Shown here one piece after another: positions 55,436 through 63,191 of a stretch of 64,000 nt of DNA (its first letter is position 1; every line of letters starts with the position of its first letter). The DNA is taken from IMG/VR virus record IMGVR_UViG_3300021387_000129. One strand, 5' to 3'. Origin of the DNA: an uncultured virus (IMG/VR IMGVR_UViG_3300021387_000129) (taxonomy: Duplodnaviria; Heunggongvirae; Uroviricota; Caudoviricetes). The notes under the pieces were generated by a model, which worked only from the letters and a program-made list of their open reading frames with translations, was not told the origin of the DNA and did not search any database. A program made the position numbers and the translations under genes.

Positions 55436-55510
55436 TTATTTTTCTGCATTAAGAATTGCTCCAACAATGGACACTATTAACGCAATAATCGATATGATTA
55501 AAAACATCAT
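55436..55510 (-). CDS. 24-aa hydrophobic peptide (not in ORF track)
   Basis: MMFLIISIIALIVSIVGAILNAEK, 6 nt downstream of the RHH gene. Confidence 0.45.
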   Translation of the reverse strand: MMFLIISIIALIVSIVGAILNAEK

Positions 55511-55516
55511 CCCGTC

Positions 55517-55687
55517 TCACCCCTCTTTGCAACTGTCATTCTTTTTAAGCCATTCCATCACAACCATCCGTACAAGCCCAGAAACCGTCATACCACGTTT
55601 GGCCGCTTTTGCTTTCAGATGATTCAGCACAGCCGGAGAGAAAAAGACATTGATTCGCTCAGAGTTTTCTGGCGATTTAGGGGACAT
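55517..55687 (-). CDS. Ribbon-helix-helix (CopG/Arc-like) regulator, 56 aa (not in ORF track)
   Basis: ERINVFFSPAVLNHLKAKAAKRGMTVSGLVRMVVMEWL; GAGGAGGT RBS. Confidence 0.8.
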   Translation of the reverse strand: MSPKSPENSERINVFFSPAVLNHLKAKAAKRGMTVSGLVRMVVMEWLKKNDSCKEG

Positions 55688-55708
55688 AATACCACCTCCT
55701 CAGATAAT

Positions 55709-55737
55709 ATTGTATCACCCTTTTATCATCATGTAAA
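55709..55737 (-). promoter_or_regulatory. Host sigma70/sigmaA-type promoter of the RHH gene
   Basis: TTTACA-17 bp-TACAAT with TGn extension; TATCAYC direct repeats in the spacer. Confidence 0.7.
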
Positions 55738-55747
55738 GTGTTATTTA
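55734..55747. repeat. TAA-N8-TTA boundary site
   Basis: TAA AGTGTTAT TTA. Confidence 0.6.
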
Positions 55748-55838
55748 AATACCGATCCGTTCCCGACAAGTATCCCGCCAACGAAGCAGCAGATACACAC
55801 CAACGCCCATGCTATTTCTTGCGTCATCTTGCACCTCT

Positions 55839-56267
55839 TCAAATCTGTTGCGCCAAATACTTCATCAGTTCTGCATTACCTTCTTTAATCTTGTCGTTGT
55901 CTCCTAAATTACCATATGTCGACAGCACTAGCAGGAATTTGCATATAGCCACCAATCCAGCATGCAAATTTTCCTGGCCTTTCGCAGCATCTGAAATAAG
56001 CCGTTCATGGTTATCCAGACGTTGCTTATCCCTACCTAAATTCTTTTCGATCTCCTTGAATCGTGGTTCCAGCTTTTCAATGACCTTCTGGCTCACCTGT
56101 TCAGCGAAATCTGGTTTTTGCGCTTCATTACGATCTCTTCTCCGTTGAATAATCGTATGAATGGCGTCATAAACCCTGTATCCAATTAAAAATAACAGTC
56201 CAATGGCAACAACCCCATAAATCGTTGTCCACAGAACATCTGGCGTGAACCCCTCTACCGTAGGCAC
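55839..56267 (-). CDS. Membrane protein with coiled coil (holin-like / lysis accessory)
   Basis: One N-terminal TM, then RFKEIEKNLGRDKQRLDNHE. Confidence 0.65.
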   Translation of the reverse strand: MPTVEGFTPDVLWTTIYGVVAIGLLFLIGYRVYDAIHTIIQRRRDRNEAQKPDFAEQVSQKVIEKLEPRFKEIEKNLGRDKQRLDNHERLISDAAKGQENLHAGLVAICKFLLVLSTYGNLGDNDKIKEGNAELMKYLAQQI

Positions 56268-56286
56268 CCGTCATCACTCCCTCGTG

Positions 56287-56538
56287 TTAAAAATGCGGGA
56301 ACTGATTCATGAGATTCTGAATCTGTTCATTGGAAATATTCCTGGTTTGCTGTAAATACTGCAGGATCTGATTCGGATCTCCCATAATCTCGTTCGGAAT
56401 ATCCGGGAATGCCTGTCTCACGAATTGCTGCGGGTTCCTCATAGCCTGAAATAAGCTGTTCACCTTCTGGATTGGATTCATCGGTCCCTGCTGTGGTCTC
56501 GCGCCTCCCATGAGCATATTATACAGCGGATTAGGCAT
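56287..56538 (-). CDS. Gln/Asn/Pro/Met-rich small protein
   Basis: MPNPLYNML...NPQQFV...DPNQILQYL. Confidence 0.7.
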   Translation of the reverse strand: MPNPLYNMLMGGARPQQGPMNPIQKVNSLFQAMRNPQQFVRQAFPDIPNEIMGDPNQILQYLQQTRNISNEQIQNLMNQFPHF

Positions 56539-56980
56539 TATTCTCAACCCCATTCTTCAGCTTGCGAATCTCTTCCCTAATCCCTTCAATATCTTCTTTG
56601 GTGGCGTAATTCCCATGGCTCATACCATTAGTACCAGAAGCCCCATTCAAAAGCTGCTGATTCTGCTGCTCAGGCATCTCATACTTCAGCCTCTGCAGCG
56701 GATTCGGAATACCCATGGGCCCCCAGCTTTTCAGCCAAATAACCGTGTCCGTGCTGTCCCAAAGCGGGATAGGCTGGTTCGCAGGGAGTCCGGCAGGCAT
56801 CTGGAAAGCCTTGGCACCAACTTCTCCTTCAACCCACTCCATTGGCTTCAGCTGCATAGGCGCGGCACTCTGCTGATAATTGGGAGCAGGCTGCTGAGCA
56901 TAACTTTGTTGGTAAGGATATGCATTCGGCTGATAGGCCGTGGACGGATAGATGTTATACGGGTTGTAGTAATTAGCCAT
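56531..56980 (-). CDS. Tyr/Gln/Pro-rich low-complexity protein with small globular domain
   Basis: YYNPYN..YQQ repeats; WVEGEVGAKAF..LWDS..IWLKS; C-terminal YATKEDIE coiled coil. Confidence 0.75.
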   Translation of the reverse strand: MANYYNPYNIYPSTAYQPNAYPYQQSYAQQPAPNYQQSAAPMQLKPMEWVEGEVGAKAFQMPAGLPANQPIPLWDSTDTVIWLKSWGPMGIPNPLQRLKYEMPEQQNQQLLNGASGTNGMSHGNYATKEDIEGIREEIRKLKNGVENNA

Positions 56981-56994
56981 AGAAATACCTCCTT

Positions 56995-57189
56995 TTAATC
57001 ATTGAGTGGACACCAGAATGGTTTTTCTTTTTCATGATAGTATATGTTTATTAAGTGTACTTCACACGGACAGCCTTCGCATTTGTTCATTTCAGGTTTG
57101 CTCTCCAAGTTTTCAGTCGGTCTCTTGTATAACAATTTACCAGTTTTACTGTATACACTTTCTAAATCCAACAATTCATAATGCGCCAC
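56995..57189 (-). CDS. Small Cys-rich protein
   Basis: CEGCPC...FWCP; AAAGGAG RBS. Confidence 0.55.
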   Translation of the reverse strand: MAHYELLDLESVYSKTGKLLYKRPTENLESKPEMNKCEGCPCEVHLINIYYHEKEKPFWCPLND

Positions 57190-57210
57190 TGACTAACTAT
57201 CTCCTTTTAC

Positions 57211-57387
57211 TTAATCGCACCACGTGTAAATTACGTATTGACATATTTCCCACAGGTTATCGAGGGTAATATTTTCATTTCCTTTCCAATTACAATCATC
57301 ATGCATTCGTTCATTCCACTCTTCTTTTGACATTTCTTTTTCAAGATAGCACAGTCCATTTTCTACCAAATGTTCTAAATTACTCAT
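57211..57387 (-). CDS. 58-aa hypothetical protein (not in ORF track)
   Basis: MSNLEHLVENGLCYLEKE...; GAAAGGAG RBS. Confidence 0.55.
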   Translation of the reverse strand: MSNLEHLVENGLCYLEKEMSKEEWNERMHDDCNWKGNENITLDNLWEICQYVIYTWCD

Positions 57388-57479
57388 CGGCTATATCATC
57401 TCCTTTCTAATAAGTTAAAGAAAAAAGAGAAAGGCGTGCATTAATCCGAATTCTCAGATTTGCCTTTCTCTCCCTCTCT

Positions 57480-57504
57480 ATTTAGAGCGTTGTTTTTACT
57501 GCGA
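57480..57504 (-). promoter_or_regulatory. Phage promoter motif
   Basis: TCGCA GTAA AAACA ACGCTC TAAAT|AGAGA. Confidence 0.75.
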
Positions 57505-57537
57505 GTTTTTAGACTTGTTTAATTAACGATTGTGATT

Positions 57538-57551
57538 TAAAGTGTTATTTA
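57538..57551. repeat. TAA-N8-TTA boundary site
   Basis: TAA AGTGTTAT TTA, identical to 55734-55747. Confidence 0.6.
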
Positions 57552-57686
57552 ATAAAACTTCTTTTTTCGTGTTTTTCCACACAGGTTGCACTTGCACAAA
57601 AACACGCCGACGTGTAAACCAGAATAGTCCCAATAATCATAAATTGGCTTGTCAGTTATCTTATGCCATTTGTGAATACAAAACAT
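57549..57686 (-). CDS. 45-aa Zn-finger-like protein (not in ORF track)
   Basis: MFCIHKW...CKCNLCGK; stop codon is the TAA arm of the 57538-57551 site. Confidence 0.55.
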   Translation of the reverse strand: MFCIHKWHKITDKPIYDYWDYSGLHVGVFLCKCNLCGKTRKKKFY

Positions 57687-57697
57687 TTGTTAATCTC

Positions 57698-57817
57698 CTA
57701 TTTTGGTTTCTTTTCGCAATAGTCCCTAAACGGACACCATGAACAAGCAAACGACCGTGCAGGGCAATCCGTATCGGGACTATCTATCGTAATGGGAGAA
57801 AATCCTTCTCCAATCAT
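57698..57817 (-). CDS. 39-aa Cys-rich peptide (not in ORF track)
   Basis: MIGEGF...CPARSFACSWCPFRDYC; AAGGTGG RBS. Confidence 0.5.
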   Translation of the reverse strand: MIGEGFSPITIDSPDTDCPARSFACSWCPFRDYCEKKPK

Positions 57818-57836
57818 TGCACATCACCACCTTTGT

Positions 57837-57851
57837 TAATGTGTTATTTTA
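57837..57851. repeat. TAA-N8-TTA-like boundary site
   Basis: TAA TGTGTTAT TTTA, overlapping the stop of the 57849-60569 gene. Confidence 0.55.
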
Positions 57852-60569
57852 TCCTTTTTTTAGTTTGTAATAACCAGAACCATAGTTGTTTTTTACAATG
57901 ACTTTGATTTTTGATCCTGCAACGATATCACCTATTGATATGCTCCCGTATTCTTCAATTACTTCGATTATTCTGCCGTTAAACGTATCTGGGACATCGA
58001 TGTATTTATTTACGGACGAATGCGCGTCGACCATCAAATAGATGTCATCGCCGACATAATACCACGCAACGGAAGGCAATTCGTTATCATACGTGATCAG
58101 CGGGCATCTGAATCCAACCATGCTCAAAGTGTCTTCGTCTGTTACGGGTTTGGGGGTTGCGGATGAATAAGAATAGAAAAACGGATGCATTTTGTGTGTT
58201 TCGTATATAAACCCGGCACTGTTGATGACTTTTCTCAGATCGTCAACTCCGTCAGCGTACTTGTTGTTGTACCCTATAACCATCCCGTTTCCCGCTGTGT
58301 TGCTGTTGGTATACTGGTAGTAGCGAATTGGGGGTTTGTTTGCATCGCGCCATGTGCTCGGTGTCAGTTCTTGTCGTGCGCTTGGGATCGCGCCAACGCC
58401 ATCGAAAGTCGTACCGGGTACAGACCAGTAGTTAAACCCACCAGACGTGGATTGCACACCATGCGCAAACTCGAAATCCCCATCTCTGTTAAAGCCGATT
58501 GATTCGTATACCGTGATACTCCCGCGTTCACTACAATGAAGCACCAGATTCATAGTGAAAAAGCTGTCTGCGATGGCTTCGCTGAAATACGATGAGTTCG
58601 TGTTGTTTCCGACATGGTTTTTTAGGTACGTTATCATCGCCGCTGAGGAGATGACATCGTACGAGTTCACGATATCAAAGTACGAGCTTCTGTACACCCC
58701 GTTTTCCGTTATCTCGTTTCCTTTGTCATCAAACACCTTTACGGTCTGGTGGTTGATGGCAGGTGTTATTTGTTGACCACGTTCGTACGAACTAAACGTC
58801 TTTGTAACACCATCCCTCGACATGCTATTTACTTCGATAGCAAGCCAATCAAGACCATTATGTGTGTTTACAGGGAAACCACCCCAAATGACGGTGTCGC
58901 TTACTATGCGGATGATAACAAATTCTTTCCCGTCTATCAGCCATGTTTCGCCGATGTTGCTCTCTGTAAACCCGTGTGCTGATTCGAACGTTAGTTTGTA
59001 GCCATATGCGTTCCCGTGGTTACCACCAACGATTGTTCCGTTCATACGTACACCCGTCATATCGTCTGTGGCAGTTTTGAAGAGCGTTCCGGCTGTTACG
59101 TTGTCAGCACTTGTTTTCGGCAACGTGTAGTAGCTATCGAAGTTAAACACGTTGTCCGTTGTGTTTATAATAAACTTAATGGCTATATCGAGTTCAGAAT
59201 CGAATCTGCTCCTGACATGAAAATCTGTTCCGATTTTGTTTAATATAACATCTCCATTCGGTGTGATTTGCTCTATCCTCTTTTCGAGTTCGCTTATTTT
59301 TTTAGTGTTTGAATTAATCTTTGATTGTAGAGTTGTCTCTCCATAAACCAATATCTCGCTTATAGGTATTCCAGACAGATCATCATGTACTCCGTAGTAC
59401 TCGTCCGATGAGCTATGAACGCTTCTGTTGGTGATATAGAAAACCACATACTCAACCCCGGAGTTATCTTTAATCTCTATTGAAAGGTCTTTATCATTAC
59501 CGGAGAAGTTAACGTAATCTGTTGAACCGCCATGCCAAATGGCATTTGTCAAGCCATATGCTCTATACCCATTCGATGAATTATTTATATTAAAAGCAAA
59601 AAGCGGGTTTTTCGATGCCCCGTAAAGAGCAACATCGCCAATGTAAAGCGTTTCTGTTTTTATGTTTATAGTTCTTCCTAACGCAGACACAGGGATATAT
59701 CCGCTTAGTATACCATTAGCGAACGACACAAACGATCCGTTACTATTCTGTATGATGTAATGATCCACAACGTAATCGCTTACATCTACTGTTCCCATAT
59801 TGAAACTGTTTATATTTTTTATTTTGGCCGTGTTTGCGGCAACATCTGTTTCAAGATGTCCGATTCTGTTTTCTGCGCCTAAAAGCCCTTTTTCTTTTGT
59901 TGCTATAGCCCAATACACTACGTCCTCATGTGTTAAAGCCGGGTGGGCAGAACCGTAGTATGCGTTAAAAGCAATTTTTGCGGCTGTCGGATATGCCGTT
60001 TTTATGCTCGATGATACGACGGTAAGGCTTCGTGAAATAAATTCACCAAGAAATGTTCCAGACTCATTCCAACAAACAACGTTCCATATGGAGTAACCAG
60101 AAAAAGCATTTATAAGTTCATATGTTACATCTTCTTGAATATCTACGATGTCAGTGCAAGCCCAACCATCATCGGACCTAACCTGTCCTGTTGATTTGAG
60201 GTAATATTTGTTTGGTAGAAAATAACCTGTGCCGCCACCATATATATATAGTCCGTCCTTTTTATAAAAAGCGCTCTTTAAGTCACCAATCTCATCCTCA
60301 AAGCTCACTTCATCCCAATGCGCAGCCGTCCAGGATTCAGTTGTTTGAATATCCGTTTTTGCCACGTATGGTTTATCCGCATATAGACAATAAGTTCCAG
60401 CAGTAACAGGGAAAGTCAAATCCTCATATCTTGAGGCAATAATGACAGTATCACCACGATCACCCTTAGCACCTGGCGCTCCAGGATCACCCTGTCTTCC
60501 GGGCGGCCCAACAATCGCAGGAATATCAATCCAATTCCCTTGACTATCCTTGACTCTCAATATATTCAT
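57849..60569 (-). CDS. Receptor-binding / fibre protein with collagen-like N-terminus and large variable passenger
   Basis: MNILRVKDSQGNWIDIPAIVGPPGRQGDPGAPGAKGDRGD resembles the start of the 1-338 ORF; junction at IGDLKSAF. Confidence 0.75.
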   Translation of the reverse strand: MNILRVKDSQGNWIDIPAIVGPPGRQGDPGAPGAKGDRGDTVIIASRYEDLTFPVTAGTYCLYADKPYVAKTDIQTTESWTAAHWDEVSFEDEIGDLKSAFYKKDGLYIYGGGTGYFLPNKYYLKSTGQVRSDDGWACTDIVDIQEDVTYELINAFSGYSIWNVVCWNESGTFLGEFISRSLTVVSSSIKTAYPTAAKIAFNAYYGSAHPALTHEDVVYWAIATKEKGLLGAENRIGHLETDVAANTAKIKNINSFNMGTVDVSDYVVDHYIIQNSNGSFVSFANGILSGYIPVSALGRTINIKTETLYIGDVALYGASKNPLFAFNINNSSNGYRAYGLTNAIWHGGSTDYVNFSGNDKDLSIEIKDNSGVEYVVFYITNRSVHSSSDEYYGVHDDLSGIPISEILVYGETTLQSKINSNTKKISELEKRIEQITPNGDVILNKIGTDFHVRSRFDSELDIAIKFIINTTDNVFNFDSYYTLPKTSADNVTAGTLFKTATDDMTGVRMNGTIVGGNHGNAYGYKLTFESAHGFTESNIGETWLIDGKEFVIIRIVSDTVIWGGFPVNTHNGLDWLAIEVNSMSRDGVTKTFSSYERGQQITPAINHQTVKVFDDKGNEITENGVYRSSYFDIVNSYDVISSAAMITYLKNHVGNNTNSSYFSEAIADSFFTMNLVLHCSERGSITVYESIGFNRDGDFEFAHGVQSTSGGFNYWSVPGTTFDGVGAIPSARQELTPSTWRDANKPPIRYYQYTNSNTAGNGMVIGYNNKYADGVDDLRKVINSAGFIYETHKMHPFFYSYSSATPKPVTDEDTLSMVGFRCPLITYDNELPSVAWYYVGDDIYLMVDAHSSVNKYIDVPDTFNGRIIEVIEEYGSISIGDIVAGSKIKVIVKNNYGSGYYKLKKG

Positions 60570-60940
60570 TTTATCCTCCAAAAGAAGCTGGGAATTTCAG
60601 ATCCTGAATCCCAGCTATCATAATAATCACCATCAATGATTGCCACAGCATGACTTCCTGTTCCAATAATATATACCCCTCTGGGATACATCTTGGTAAA
60701 CAGATCAATCGTCACACATGTTGGGCAGTTATCAGGAAGGAGAAACGGTTCAAATCCCATTTGATAAAGATACTTGCCCCAGACTGCGTCCGCGACAGGA
60801 ATATTGAACTCTTTTCGACCAAGAGCACACAGATCGTCATAAACATCGATCCATCTCCGGTTCAGAGCAATAGTAATAGCACGAATAACACAGTCTGGGA
60901 CTTCTTTGTGAGCAGGGTTCGGGTTACATCTCATCCACAT
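60566..60940 (-). CDS. Small papain-like (Cys-His-Asp) enzyme
   Basis: DCVIRAI...SHAVAIIDGDYYDSWDSG. Confidence 0.6.
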   Translation of the reverse strand: MWMRCNPNPAHKEVPDCVIRAITIALNRRWIDVYDDLCALGRKEFNIPVADAVWGKYLYQMGFEPFLLPDNCPTCVTIDLFTKMYPRGVYIIGTGSHAVAIIDGDYYDSWDSGSEIPSFFWRIK

Positions 60941-61193
60941 GAGCTTCGTCGCTCCATGGTTCTTCGTAGCTCATAGCCCTTTCGCTGTCGCCAATTCCCT
61001 GAGTGGTAGGATCAACCAGCACACCGATCAGACCTAAGAAGGTCAAGATTTGACTGGCAACCTTCATCATGGTGTTTTCAGTCACGATCGGAACCACGTC
61101 AAACAGCTCCAGCATGCTGAATACAAATCCAATGATCAGCGACACGAACATCGTGAGCCAGGTTTTATTTTTGAACCGTACTTTCCAATTCAT
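60924..61193 (-). CDS. Holin (phiLC3-like)
   Basis: MNWKVRFKNKTW, two TM helices, GVLVDPTTQGIGDSERAMSYEEP. Confidence 0.9.
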   Translation of the reverse strand: MNWKVRFKNKTWLTMFVSLIIGFVFSMLELFDVVPIVTENTMMKVASQILTFLGLIGVLVDPTTQGIGDSERAMSYEEPWSDEAHVDEM

Positions 61194-61215
61194 GATATCT
61201 CTCCTTCCAAATCAT

Positions 61216-61247
61216 AAAAATAGGGGCCAGCACTATGCCAGCCCCTT
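61216..61247 (-). terminator. Intrinsic terminator
   Basis: AGGGGCTGGC-ATAGT-GCTGGCCCCT followed by ATTTTT. Confidence 0.7.
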
Positions 61248-61252
61248 AGAAA

Positions 61253-61606
61253 TCACCAAGGCATTTCGGGCGGATACATACGCCTCATGGCTTCAGAATA
61301 TCCCCTGGAATAACCTTCATTGTAGCTGCGGCCACCTTCACGGCTCACATACTGGCCGGTGCTAGGGCTTCGACCGCGGCGCCCGGACATCCCACCATCA
61401 TCACCAGACATGCCCTGGAACTCATACTCGCCTTCGCCCATTTCTTTCTCGATCTGCTCAATCCGCATCTGCTTCTCCAGTGCCATCGTCAGGCACTTGT
61501 ACATTTCAGCATCCGCGGCAGTGAATTCGCTCTTGTTGGCGTATTGGGCATCAAGCTTCTCGAGCTCCTCCTTAGCAACCCGCTTCAGATTTTTCAGTTC
61601 CTTCAT
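61253..61606 (-). CDS. Helical protein with Gly/Arg/Ser/Tyr-rich tail
   Basis: MKELKNLK..EELEK; SGRRGRSPSTGQYVSRE..GYS. Confidence 0.75.
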   Translation of the reverse strand: MKELKNLKRVAKEELEKLDAQYANKSEFTAADAEMYKCLTMALEKQMRIEQIEKEMGEGEYEFQGMSGDDGGMSGRRGRSPSTGQYVSREGGRSYNEGYSRGYSEAMRRMYPPEMPW

Positions 61607-61620
61607 CTCAATGCCCTCCT

Positions 61621-62067
61621 TTACGCAACCCTGTTCACTTTAACGTTCAGGTTTCGAGTGATAATTGGAATATCCGCCGTAGCGTTAACTACTGCGACAT
61701 CCGTGCAACACCCGACCGGAACATCAATTGTGGTGTCACCGCTCACATGCCAGAACTCTTCCACCGCAGCAGGTGTAGCAACAGCAATGGTCAGCGGCCG
61801 AACAAATCCGTTCACACTCAGGGCCAGCTGAATTTCTCCTACGGTCCCATCCGTGTCTACTGCAATGTTTCCACTAAAACTAACGCTGTACTGAGCGCGG
61901 GCATTGCAGCAAGGGTTACGCACAATTCCACGAAGCCGAAGATTAGGCGTCTGGTCATCATGCACGACATTCTGCGGACATTTGGTGCAGGGTCGTACAT
62001 TTTCAAGAATTGCAGCTGCTCCGGGCTGGAGCGTCTGCGCTTGTACATATCCGTATTCTGCTGACAT
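61621..62067 (-). CDS. Cys-containing beta-sandwich protein (BclA C-terminal / C1q-like)
   Basis: YSVSFSGNIAV...IQLALSVNG...VAVVN...NLNV; CxxC and CC pairs; start moved to MSAEY. Confidence 0.55.
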   Translation of the reverse strand: MSAEYGYVQAQTLQPGAAAILENVRPCTKCPQNVVHDDQTPNLRLRGIVRNPCCNARAQYSVSFSGNIAVDTDGTVGEIQLALSVNGFVRPLTIAVATPAAVEEFWHVSGDTTIDVPVGCCTDVAVVNATADIPIITRNLNVKVNRVA

Positions 62068-62162
62068 AACAGCACTTCCTTTCAAAATTGACTTTTAATG
62101 TCAAAGAAGGGGCACGACATCCCCCATGAGATATGGAAATGCGGCCCCTAAATGAATACTAA

Positions 62163-62924
62163 TTACCCAGCGTATCCACCGCAGCCGCCATAGCCGAAGC
62201 CATTAGCGCAGCAATTGGGATTCTGCACTATGTAAGCAGGGCGCGGAACCGGAGCCAGATACTGCTCCAGTGCGGCTGTCTGAGCTTCGTTATTGGCGAT
62301 AATCGCAGCACGATCAGCAGTACGGGCAATGCCGTTGCGAAGGTCGAGGTTCTCAGCACGAACGGCATCAATTGTGTTCTGCATGCCGGCAATACGGTTC
62401 TCGTAATTCTGCTTGATGCCGTCGAGTTCGAGCTGGCACAGCTTATCCATCACAGCCTGGTGATTGGCATTGCAGTTGGCACGGGTGTTTGCCCCTTCCT
62501 GAGCGATGGCAGTCTGCAATCCGGCAGTAGCCAGTCGGTTCTCACAGCAGCAGTTCTGAAATGCGCTCTGCAGTGCAAAGTTCTGGTTCATCTCAGCCAT
62601 CTGACGGCTATTCGCACCGATTTCAGCCTGAGCAAAACCATTGGCGATTGCCTGATTCACTCCCGCGAAGCCGTTGCACTGGGCAGTCGTGAGGTTGTTG
62701 ATGCCATTCATCACAGCATTCTGGTCGAAGCCCCTCTGAATATCCGCGTTCATAAAACCGCCGCCATTATTACCTCCGAATCCTCCGCCAAAGCCGTTGC
62801 CCCAGCCAAGAACCGCCAACAGGATAATGATCCACCAGGCACCGTTTCCTCCAAACATACCATCATTCATTCCACCGTACGCAGGCGCTACGGGCATATA
62901 CATTCCATTGTTTTCACCAGTCAT
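62163..62924 (-). CDS. Gly-rich TM plus coiled-coil protein with CCC motif
   Basis: WWIIILLAVLGWG flanked by GGFGG repeats; long heptad region with QNCCCENR; C-terminal NPNCC..GCGG. Confidence 0.8.
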   Translation of the reverse strand: MTGENNGMYMPVAPAYGGMNDGMFGGNGAWWIIILLAVLGWGNGFGGGFGGNNGGGFMNADIQRGFDQNAVMNGINNLTTAQCNGFAGVNQAIANGFAQAEIGANSRQMAEMNQNFALQSAFQNCCCENRLATAGLQTAIAQEGANTRANCNANHQAVMDKLCQLELDGIKQNYENRIAGMQNTIDAVRAENLDLRNGIARTADRAAIIANNEAQTAALEQYLAPVPRPAYIVQNPNCCANGFGYGGCGGYAG

Positions 62925-63133
62925 ACTATTTTCCTCCTAAAAATATAGCGGTCGTTTGAGTTAATGTAGCGATAAGTTATCTAAAGAAAGTTAGTAGCCC
63001 AATGGAACCACCTCCTTTCAATTTGATAAGGAAACCGTATAAATAACTTTTTCTGTTTTGATCGATCAAGAATAGAAGAAGTTACTTATCAGAAATAAAA
63101 AAGAAGAGAGAGGCACATTCTGTATCCCTCTCT

Positions 63134-63158
63134 ATAATAAGGCATGCTTTTATTGCGA
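63134..63158 (-). promoter_or_regulatory. Phage promoter motif
   Basis: TCGCA ATAA AAGCA TGCCTT ATTAT|AGAGA. Confidence 0.72.
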
Positions 63159-63191
63159 GTTTTTGTAACGATCATTATTTAGTTGAGCAAT

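Noticed and set aside
62084..62097. Further TAA-N8-TTA-like site (AAA-ATTGACTT-TTA)
   Set aside because: One arm is mismatched and the core is unlike the others; plausible by chance in AT-rich intergenic DNA.
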